A stretch of 32,000 bases of DNA from Acaryochloris thomasi RCC1774 (lineage in GTDB: Bacteria > Cyanobacteriota > Cyanobacteriia > Thermosynechococcales > Thermosynechococcaceae). The stretch is from contig NZ_PQWO01000013.1 of NCBI RefSeq assembly GCF_003231495.1, positions 120,001 to 152,000 on the forward strand, written 5' to 3'. The position numbers were made by a program, and so were the translations under genes. Under the pieces are notes generated by a model that worked only from the letters and a program-made list of their open reading frames with translations, did no database searches and was not told the origin of the DNA. Each line of letters opens with the position of its first letter. Positions within the stretch are counted from its first letter, which is position 1. Shown piece by piece: positions 10,441 through 18,400 of this stretch.

Positions 10441-11082
10441 TTAGTAAAACAACAGGCGGCGAAAGATAAAGGCGATCAGCGACACAGCGCAGATCATCAA
10501 AAGCTGTCCTGGAAAAGGCGTGAAAGAATACTGGAGAACAGCAGACCACCAACCTTCAGGCAAGGAACCGAATAGGGATAAGCCCGTTAGATAAACTAAT
10601 CCCAATAGGTGAATCACCAACAGCCCAACCAAGCAGCTCAATACGATGGCATCAAACCGTCGAGGTTGCCGAAAGGCAATATACCCGCACAGCCAAGCCG
10701 CAGGCAAGAAGCCCAACAAATAGCCAAACGTCGGTTCTTGCCAGTAGCCTAAGCCCCCACCCTGGGCAAACACCTGAGCACCACTCAAGCCAAGCGCTAG
10801 ATAGGCAATTTGAGAGAGAGCAGCTGCGTTTTTGCCGCCGACGCAGCCAATCAGCAAGACAGCGCCCACCTGCAGGGTTGAACCCAGGGAGTATGCTTGC
10901 ATCTCCCCCCAGGCCAAAGGCCAACCGGTAGGGATGGATAAAGAGACTTCAATGAAGACACCACTTACAGTCAGCAGCAAGCCGATTATGGCCCACAGCA
11001 GTTCATCAAGAGGGGAAAGCACCTGTGATTTAGGGAATTTGCTGGGCAACGGAGTAGGTACCTGGAATAGGAGCTTCGCCAC
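10441..11082 (-). CDS. bioY: BioY-family biotin transporter S-component
   Basis: Polytopic membrane protein with the BioY-like block GGGLGYWQEPTFGYLLGFLPAAWLCGYIA. It lies immediately downstream of bioB. The track start (11082) overlaps the bioB 3' end by 53 nt. A GTG at 11022 would remove the overlap, so the start is uncertain. Confidence 0.7.
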   Translation of the reverse strand: MAKLLFQVPTPLPSKFPKSQVLSPLDELLWAIIGLLLTVSGVFIEVSLSIPTGWPLAWGEMQAYSLGSTLQVGAVLLIGCVGGKNAAALSQIAYLALGLSGAQVFAQGGGLGYWQEPTFGYLLGFLPAAWLCGYIAFRQPRRFDAIVLSCLVGLLVIHLLGLVYLTGLSLFGSLPEGWWSAVLQYSFTPFPGQLLMICAVSLIAFIFRRLLFY

Positions 11083-12163
11083 CTTCGAGACCTAACTGAC
11101 TTAACAAGGCATGATCCTGCTCAGGCGGCTGCCCCAGGGTTGTGAGATAGTGCCCCACCAACATGGCGTTAATTCCGGCCTGCAGACCTAGTGCCTGTAG
11201 CTCACCCATCACAGATTCTCGGCCGCCAGCATACCGCAGAATTTGCTGAGGTAACAGCAGTCGAAAAATTGCGATCGCTTTCAAGGCGTCATAGGGGTCT
11301 AATCTTTGATTGTCGCCCAAGGGTGTCCCACTGCGTGGGTTGAGCAAGTTTAAGGGAACCGACTCAACCTCAAGCTCTCTAAGGGCTAGCGCCAGATCAA
11401 CGCGGTCTTCCCAGGATTCACCAAGCCCCATTATGCCGCCGGTACAGGCCTGAATCCCAGCAGCTTTGAGGGTTTTGATCGTCTCAACGCGATCCTGCCA
11501 GCGGTGGGTAGTAGCCACCTGAGGGAAGAATGCTTCAGAACTCTCTAGATTGTGATTGTATCGAGTCACACCAGCCTCTCGCAGAGACTGTGCCTGGTCG
11601 GCTGTCACTTCTCCCAGGGCACAACAAGGCTTAATGTCGGTCTCGGAGATAATCGTGCGCACGGTGTCTAGGATCTGCTCAAATTCAGTGGAGCTAGCGC
11701 CAGCATATTTGGGACCACGGCCTTGGCTAACCAAACAAAAGCGACGGGCACCCGCAGATTCAGCAGCCTTAGCCTGCTCTAGGATATCTTCCTTTGACTG
11801 CAGCCCGTAGATCGGCGATGCCTCGCCGGGATGATGAGCTGATTGAGCGCAAAAGGAGCAGTTCTCTGAGCAACTTCCTGATTTAACGTTAACAATGCTG
11901 CAGAGGTCGACGGTGTTGCCACAACAGGCTTGACGCACTTGATTGGCGGCTGCGCACAGCGCCAAGATGTTGTCTTGACCTTCAATTTGCGTCAACTCAA
12001 GGGCGGTCGCCCGATCAAGAGGCTCTCCGTCGATGACTCGCTCCGCTAGAGACGTCAGCCACTCCTGCAGCGAGTTGTCAGTCGCGTGCCGTGAGGGTGG
12101 TAAAGGCGTTTGGACCACTGTAAAACCTCGTTTGAGAATGCCTAGACGTTGGAATTCTATCAC
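11030..12163 (-). CDS. bioB: Biotin synthase (radical SAM)
   Basis: Radical-SAM cluster motif CSENCSFCAQS, followed by the typical BioB blocks RFCLVSQGRGP, YNHNLESS, ACTGGIMGLGES and VPLNLLNPRSGTPL. Confidence 0.9.
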   Translation of the reverse strand: MIEFQRLGILKRGFTVVQTPLPPSRHATDNSLQEWLTSLAERVIDGEPLDRATALELTQIEGQDNILALCAAANQVRQACCGNTVDLCSIVNVKSGSCSENCSFCAQSAHHPGEASPIYGLQSKEDILEQAKAAESAGARRFCLVSQGRGPKYAGASSTEFEQILDTVRTIISETDIKPCCALGEVTADQAQSLREAGVTRYNHNLESSEAFFPQVATTHRWQDRVETIKTLKAAGIQACTGGIMGLGESWEDRVDLALALRELEVESVPLNLLNPRSGTPLGDNQRLDPYDALKAIAIFRLLLPQQILRYAGGRESVMGELQALGLQAGINAMLVGHYLTTLGQPPEQDHALLSQLGLEGGEAPIPGTYSVAQQIP

Positions 12164-12720
12164 TGCTGACCTCCACCTTGAGCATTAGCCTGCTGAGGGA
12201 ATTTGCGATCGCAAAAAAAAATGTAGCCTCCCTTCAAATATTTCGCAAATCTTTGCATCCTGCAATAAAACTTGAGATGAGCATCACCTGCAACGCCTCG
12301 CTCACGAGCCCCATTTATCCGGGCAAATTCAAAGCAGAACTCATTGAGTTACCTCCGAACAAAACGCAGGACAAATAGCTTAGTCACACAGTCTGCAGAA
12401 ATACAACACATGAGCTAAACCATCGCTAAACCATTCAATTCCTTACAAAAGCGAAATAGCTATCTGCCAGAAAATATGGATCCACTTAATTTACATATCT
12501 TTATGTATTTTTGTATTTGTTTGGGTCTACTAGTCTTGAAAGATCGGCAGTTCACCTGCTCGCGTTATGGGTCTCAAGTCCTTCAGCAGCGCTGTTCTAT
12601 CTAGCTCTCAGCATGTTTTTAGCTATGGTGTATCGCCCTAGGCTCAATCATTAGAAAGCACTTAAGAAATTTGAAGTAGAGCCTAGTCTCGTAGTACTTT
12701 GTAAGCAGTTTCATATCATA

Positions 12721-12771
12721 AAGAAACGGTGGCACTGAATATTAAGAAGCGGTGGCACTGCTGTGGCACTG
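12721..12771 (+). promoter_or_regulatory. Direct-repeat element upstream of the first antenna gene
   Basis: AAGAAACGGTGGCACTG (12721-12737) and AAGAAGCGGTGGCACTG (12744-12760) match at 16 of 17 positions and sit 23 bp apart. A third partial copy, CTGTGGCACTG (12761-12771), follows. The array is then followed by TATATAT and a GAGGAG Shine-Dalgarno-like element ahead of ATG 12800. Confidence 0.35.
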
Positions 12772-12799
12772 ATATATATGACGAGGAGAAATCATAACA

Positions 12800-13831
12800 A
12801 TGACCACTTCCAATGCCGAAATCGGCTGGATTAATGGCAATGCCCGTGTAGAAGATTTAAGCGGCAAGTTTCTTGCTGCGCACATCGGCCAAATTGCTTT
12901 GATGGCTTTTTGGGCAGGCGCCTTCACCTTGTTTGAGTTGTCTCGGTACAACCCAGATATTCCCTTGTATGAGCAAGGCCTCATTTGTATTCCTCAGTTG
13001 GCCCGTTTAGGCTGGGGCGTTGGATCCGGCGGTGTCATCGTTGACACCTATCCCTACTTCATCATTGGTGTTATTCACCTAGTAGGATGTGCCGTCTATG
13101 CAGCTGGCGCACTCTATCACTCAGTAAAAGGAGCAGCTGTGCTCTCTGATGCCGATGTTGAGCGGGCACAGAAATTTCACTTTGAGTGGGATGACACCAA
13201 AAAGTCTGGCTTCATTCTCGGCCATCACCTGATTTTCATTGGTGTTGCTTGTCTGCTTTTCGTGGGCTGGGCTGCAACCTACGGTATCTATGACCCCACC
13301 ATTGGTGAAGTTAGGACAGTAGGCCCAAGCCTCAATATCGTCAGAATCCTTAAGTATGGCTGGGCTGTTCCTGGATTCAACCCTTTCTTAGTTGATAACC
13401 TTGATGACGTGATGAGCGGCCATCTATTCGTGGCAATCCTTGAGATTGCTGGCGGTATCTTCCACATTGTTGTTCCTCCGTTCGGCTTTGCCAAGCGAAT
13501 TTACGTTCAAAATGGCGAAGGTCTACTGTCCTATGCCCTTGCGGGTCTAGCGGTAATGGGCTTCAATGCAGCTTACTTCACAGCCGTGAATGATGTTGCT
13601 TTCCCAGTAGAACTGTACGGACCTGTTCTAGAGGCAAAGCTTAGCGTTACGCCTTACTTTGCAGATACGCTCGAATTTGTAGGTGGCCATACTGCTCGCT
13701 TCTGGGTTTGTAACTTCCACTTCTTCTTGGCTTTCATGATGCTGCAGGGACATTTGTGGCATGCTTTGAGAGCAAGTGGCTTTGACTTTAACCGTGTCCC
13801 TCAAGCCCTTTCTTCTATTACAGCCGAGTAA
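12800..13831 (+). CDS. IsiA/Pcb (CP43-prime) family chlorophyll-binding antenna protein
   Basis: 343 aa with six hydrophobic helices and without the large lumenal loop of CP43. Family blocks: GKFLAAHIGQIALMAFWAG, DTYPYFIIGVIHL, LGHHLIFIG and the C-terminal MLQGHLWHALRASGFDF. Confidence 0.85.
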   Translation: MTTSNAEIGWINGNARVEDLSGKFLAAHIGQIALMAFWAGAFTLFELSRYNPDIPLYEQGLICIPQLARLGWGVGSGGVIVDTYPYFIIGVIHLVGCAVYAAGALYHSVKGAAVLSDADVERAQKFHFEWDDTKKSGFILGHHLIFIGVACLLFVGWAATYGIYDPTIGEVRTVGPSLNIVRILKYGWAVPGFNPFLVDNLDDVMSGHLFVAILEIAGGIFHIVVPPFGFAKRIYVQNGEGLLSYALAGLAVMGFNAAYFTAVNDVAFPVELYGPVLEAKLSVTPYFADTLEFVGGHTARFWVCNFHFFLAFMMLQGHLWHALRASGFDFNRVPQALSSITAE

Positions 13832-13894
13832 TTTTTCCACGTGCGTCAGCCTGGAAATATAAGCATTAGCACTTAGCTACATGTCTTAACTGCG

Positions 13895-13943
13895 AGGGTG
13901 ACAGTGGGTTGCAGCTTCAGGCTCAATCTTTAACTGTCGCCCT
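13895..13943 (+). terminator. Inter-antenna-gene hairpin (possible terminator or processing site)
   Basis: AGGGTGACAGT (13895-13905) pairs with ACTGTCGCCCT (13933-13943), giving 11 bp including one G-U pair. The loop is 27 nt and the downstream sequence is TGTCTTTTA. The large loop makes this weak. Confidence 0.3.
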
Positions 13944-14120
13944 TGTCTTTTACAGGCCGTTGCATGTCACCGAGCTACGATGAATGATGAGCAGGTTTAA
14001 ATAAAGGTTTCTATTGCAGAACAAAGGTTTACGCTTGGTTAGCCTATATATCTAAATCTTTAGCTGCTGCAGATTCATCACATTGATATTTGTCGTGTAT
14101 GACGAAAGAGGACCACAGTT

Positions 14121-15164
14121 GTGACAACATTTCTACGCGGAGGCCGAGGCAACGCCAAGGGCAACGTCAAGGGCAATAAAGGTAAGGCCAAAGGCCGCGG
14201 CAGACAGGGAAGAAACACTCCCCCCAGCGGCGGATTTACCACTGAATGGTGGGCCGGAAATATTCGCTTTCTAGATTCATCGGGCCTACTGCTCGGCGCT
14301 CACCTAGCCCACGCGGGCCTGATCACCCTATGGGCCGGTGCCATTCTCGTTAAAGAAGTCGCGGGCTTTACCCCCGGCGTTCCTCTGCCTGAGCAGGGCG
14401 CTTACTTGATGGCCCACATTGCCGCTCTAGGCGTCAGCGTTGGACCTGGCGGTGAGATTTTAGATACCTATCCCTACTTCGTGATTGGTGTCCTGCACTT
14501 GACCCTTTCAGCGGTATTGGCAGCAGGCGGTCTCTACCACACATTCAAAGGCCCCAATGTCTTGGCGGATGATGAAGGTGACACCTTAGCTCCTAAGTTC
14601 GAATACACCTGGGGTGAGCCGAAGAAACTTTCTTTTATTTTGGGTCATCACCTACTCTTTTTGGGTGCTGCCTGTCTGGCCTTTGCGGCCAATGCAAGTT
14701 TCGGCGGCGGCATCTACGACCCGACCGTGGGTGATGTACACCAAATTTCACCGAACCTCAACCCCTTACCCATGTTGGGCTATATCTTTGGCATCGCGAA
14801 TGGTGGCTGGACTCCCATTGGCATGGCAGCCGTAGATAATATGGAAACCCTCGTCGGTGGTCATTTTCTTATTGGCGCTCTTGAGCTAGCTGGGGGTACC
14901 TTTCACATTCTCAGTACACCTTTTGGGATTGAAGCCAAGCCTTGGTCTTACTCAGGTGAAGCGGTTTTGTCCTACAGTCTGGCGGCTTTGGCGCTAATGG
15001 GTCTGAGTTCTGCTTTGTTTGTCAACTACTGTGATGTGGCCTATGCTCCTGAGCTGTTCGGTGCTGACCGCAGTGGCGGCGCGGCGACCCAGTTGATTCT
15101 GGGCGTCCTCTGTCTGGGTGGACATCTTTGGCATGCGATTCGAGCACAGCGCGCTGTTGCGTAG
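14121..15164 (+). CDS. Divergent IsiA/Pcb family antenna protein with a basic low-complexity N-terminal extension
   Basis: 347 aa, with a GTG start at 14121 preceded by AAGAGGA 8-9 nt upstream. The core has family blocks WWAGNIRF, GAHLAHAGLITLWAG, DTYPYFVIGVLHL, LGHHLLFLG and GGHLWHAIRA. The first ~38 aa are MTTFLRGGRGNAKGNVKGNKGKAKGRGRQGRNTPPSGG. No in-frame Met is available between the GTG and the conserved WWAGN. Confidence 0.8.
   Translation: MTTFLRGGRGNAKGNVKGNKGKAKGRGRQGRNTPPSGGFTTEWWAGNIRFLDSSGLLLGAHLAHAGLITLWAGAILVKEVAGFTPGVPLPEQGAYLMAHIAALGVSVGPGGEILDTYPYFVIGVLHLTLSAVLAAGGLYHTFKGPNVLADDEGDTLAPKFEYTWGEPKKLSFILGHHLLFLGAACLAFAANASFGGGIYDPTVGDVHQISPNLNPLPMLGYIFGIANGGWTPIGMAAVDNMETLVGGHFLIGALELAGGTFHILSTPFGIEAKPWSYSGEAVLSYSLAALALMGLSSALFVNYCDVAYAPELFGADRSGGAATQLILGVLCLGGHLWHAIRAQRAVA
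14148..14195 (+). repeat. In-frame degenerate 12-nt tandem repeat encoding (G-N-x-K)-like tetrapeptides
   Basis: GGCAACGCCAAG / GGCAACGTCAAG / GGCAATAAAGGT / AAGGCCAAAGGC translate to GNAK GNVK GNKG KAKG. The first two units differ at one base. Confidence 0.7.
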
Positions 15165-15201
15165 CTCTATGTTTAGTTCATGAACTAAATGAACTCATGA
15201 A

Positions 15202-15291
15202 CGCCCAGGAAATCTTGTTGATTTCCTGGGCGTGTGGGTAAACCCCAGCTCTAAAGCCCTCTAAGTGATTAGGGAATTTGAGCTGGGGTTT
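15202..15291 (+). terminator. Two stem-loops downstream of the second antenna gene
   Basis: The first is a perfect 12-bp stem, CGCCCAGGAAAT (15202-15213) with ATTTCCTGGGCG (15221-15232), and a 7-nt loop. The second is an 11-bp stem, AAACCCCAGCT (15240-15250) with AGCTGGGGTTT (15281-15291), followed by GCTTTGTT. There is no strong U-tract after the first. Confidence 0.45.
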
Positions 15292-15420
15292 GCTTTGTTC
15301 TGCGGTAGAAAGCTATTGAAGGTGTTTAGCCTGAGTCAGGCAAAGTTCTAGAGTGCTAGTTTTGAGTGAGACAACCCTAGGCAAGGCTCTGCCTAAGGTT
15401 GAGTATCGAGCAAAGTCTGG

Positions 15421-15455
15421 ATAAAAATGCGATCGCAAGTTCTGAACTTGCGATC
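15421..15455 (-). terminator. Intrinsic terminator of the 1877-aa gene
   Basis: It lies 28 nt after the TAG stop (15484-15486) on the minus strand. The stem is a perfect 11-bp pairing of GATCGCAAGTT with AACTTGCGATC (15431-15455) and a 3-nt loop. On the minus strand it is followed by GCATTTTTAT. The stem embeds a HIP1 site. Confidence 0.6.
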
Positions 15456-15483
15456 TCAAAGCATCACCTATCGCTTACTGCAG

Positions 15484-18400
15484 CTAAACAATAGTAGAGA
15501 AGCTCTCGAACGTGAGTTTGTCTTGATTGGCCTTCACCCCATCGAGAACAGCGAGGTTCTGTCCTGTCTCGAGCAGTTGAATAAACGTGTTCTCAGTTCC
15601 GACAGTAACGCCCAACTGTTCAACCGTTAATTCGTCAGCCAATCCGAGGGTATCCACGCCGACCTGATAGTCACTGATTGTGTCTCTGCCCTGATCCACT
15701 TCAAGAACGAACACATCAGCTCCAATACCACCAGTCAAAACATCACGACCGGCACCTCCAACGAGCGTATCTTCGCCGCGCCCCCCTATGATCCGATCTA
15801 GACCGTCGCCACCTAGCAACAGATCGTTGCCTCGTTTTCCGAAGAGAATATCGCGATCCTCGCCACCATCAAGGGTGTCACGACCCGCACCCCCTTTAAT
15901 ATTGTCGCGTCCGGCACCGCCTTCGAGAAAATCGTTACCGACTAAACCACGAAGCACATCATCGCCGTTCAGTCCCTCAATAAAATCAGCATCAGCGGTT
16001 CCGATTAGCACATCACGATCATCAGTTCCTGAAATACCGGCTCTATCAACCCCTGCTAAACCCACTCGCGGATCAATATCTAAAGGCTGTTCTAACTTGA
16101 TTTGGATAATCTCGTTATTGTCGATGTCAGGTCCGCGCCCCACAGAGAAGGGATAGTTGTTGTCGTTGGCGACCAGTAAGGTATCCTCATCTAGCACCAG
16201 AACATCCTCAATCGTCACGAAGGGGAAATCAAAGGTGGTTTCTCCATCGCCATTGAGATCGTTAGGGTCTTGAATATCAAGTAAATCAACCAGCTCTTCT
16301 TTGCGAACGAAACCTTCTTCGTCTATATCTGAGAGATTCACCTTGAAGATTTTCTTGAATGCGGCCTCCTCGCCTTGGTTGCCATCGCGCTCAATCACCA
16401 GGTATTCGCTGGCGTTAATCGCGGTGAAGTCACCGATGGCGTGGCTAGGGTCATCAAGCTGATAGCGGCCCAAAACGCCTTGGTATTCACTAGAGGCCAC
16501 ATCAAAATCGTAGATGCGAAGCGAGCCTTCGGGATCACCTTCTACGGTCCCTTCTAAGAGTGGGTAGAGGGTTTGACGATCGGGGCTAATGGCTAAACCT
16601 TCAAACCCTCTAGAACCGTTAATGTTAGCCACTGCATCACCGGACTGAACGTCTGGATTCTGAGGCGATCGCACCTGATCCGCCACCAACTGATCTCGAA
16701 CCAAGTCACCGGTATTGGGAAAGTCAGTGAAGAAACCGTCTACCCCGATCTCAATCAGTTGCTGAATCTCTTCTTCCGGAGTCTGGGACGTTCCGTCTGC
16801 ATTCAGAGTTAGGAATCGCTCTTCATTGCGCAGGGTATAGGGATGAACCTGCAGACCTGCATCGTGGGCATCATCAACAAAGGATGTCACTTCGCCTGTG
16901 AGCTGGCTAGTGATTTCAGCGACGCCATCACCGTCAGCGTCGACAGGTGTTTCTAGCGCGTCTCTGAGCAGGAAGTTATTTTTCCATGGACCTGCACCTT
17001 CAGCGTATCGTTGACTGATCACCTGCAAAAATTCAGGGTTATCGAGGTCGCTGTAGAGCGTGTCCTCAGACAGCGGATTTTCAGCAGCATCAAGGAATTC
17101 CTGGCCATAGATTTCCACTAGATTATTGCGCTGCTGCACATTAAAGCGGATATCAAAAGGCACCGAGAACGTCTCATCAGGATTTGCGCCATCGGTGGCA
17201 TTTCCATAGAGCTGCACGAGGGGAATATCACCAAGATCTTCGGCATCCAGCATCGCTTGAAGTTCGATCAGGTTCTGAAATTCAAAGGATTGAATAAAGA
17301 TCCGATTGGGGTCAGTAAAGCCAGTTTCTTGGAGTGTATCAATGAGTTTCTCCTCTAAAGAAAGTCCCTGGAGATCAAAGAAGGTAGGATGCTTTGTTTC
17401 AGGGTAGATACCCACGGCTCGGCCAGTCTCAGCCTCAACTTCTTGAACTAGCTCAATAACTTCCTGGAACGTGGGAATTTCGAAGGCATCATTGAAATCT
17501 TGAGAGCGGAAATTGCGGGACTGAACGGCACGAAGCTGCTTGATCTCAGCGAGGGTAAAATCCTCAGCGAAGTAAGCTGTTGTTTCAACGCCATCCAGAA
17601 ACTTTGTAGACATCCGTTCAGAACCGAAGACCTCAGCGACGTTGGTGGTGTCGTCCAGGATCGGTTCATGACGGGCAATGAGAACACCGTCTTTGGTGCT
17701 GACCAAATCTGGTTCGATGAAGTCTGCGCCTTGTGCGATCGCAACTCGATAAGCCTCAAGCGTATGCTCAGGCAAAACACCGCTAGCTCCCCGGTGACCA
17801 ATCACAATGGGATCTTGACTATTAAGCGTATTGAGTTCTACTGGATTGGGGGTCGGAATCGGGGCATCCAACAACGTCCCGTTCGCACCAAAGTGGAGCA
17901 GATAGGGACCAAACTCATCACCGACGTAGATGTCACCATTGCTGCCAATGACGAAGGATTCAATATCAAAGTCAGCCCCGGTGAGCAAACGCTCGGTCGT
18001 GTCTCCGTTTTGGATATCGAAGGGAATCAGGCCATTGGGATCGCTGAGCTGAATAAAATCTTCAATCTCAACACTGCCGTCGCCCCCTTCAGAACCGACA
18101 AAACTGGGGTCAGCCCTATAGAGTCTGAGAAGGTAATCAGCACTGTTTTCTTGAGCGCCGAAACCATTGTCAGACAAAAACCAGAAGCTGCCGTCTCTGT
18201 CAGCAAACTGAACACCACTAAAGCCCTGGACAGGCTGCCCTTCAAAAGGACCGGTGCGGCCATTAGCATCAATAGGGTTACCCTCACCGTCATCGTTTCC
18301 GGCAGGTGGCCCTTCAGCAAAGGTATCGGCAGGCAGGGAAGCAAAGCCAACCAACTCCGAGCTCGGCGCGTCGGGTGCCACTCCAAACAGCGTTTGATAT

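Noticed and set aside
10652-10924. A 90-aa alternative-frame ORF inside bioY, and 10832-11095 on the plus strand.
   Set aside because: They are embedded in, or antisense to, a well-supported membrane-protein frame, and their translations are Arg/Cys/Gly/Leu-rich and not protein-like.
12178-12378. A 66-aa plus-strand ORF upstream of bioB.
   Set aside because: It lies in the divergent intergenic region, uses a non-ATG start, and has no RBS or recognisable features.
12728-12771. The TGGCAC cores in the direct repeats were considered as sigma-54 -24 elements.
   Set aside because: The required -12 TTGC at the correct spacing is absent, and cyanobacteria are not known to encode RpoN.
15706-16029. 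The 27-nt periodic repeats (also 22322-22699) were considered as a possible CRISPR-like or satellite array.
   Set aside because: The repeats are degenerate at the DNA level, in-frame and coding (RTX). There are no unique spacers or conserved direct repeats.
15788-16156. Pro/Ser/Arg-rich periodic ORFs (also 22398-22718) that look like a repetitive proline-rich protein.
   Set aside because: They are the antisense reading of the 27-nt-periodic RTX nonapeptide arrays. The periodicity is explained by the GGxGxD repeats on the minus strand.
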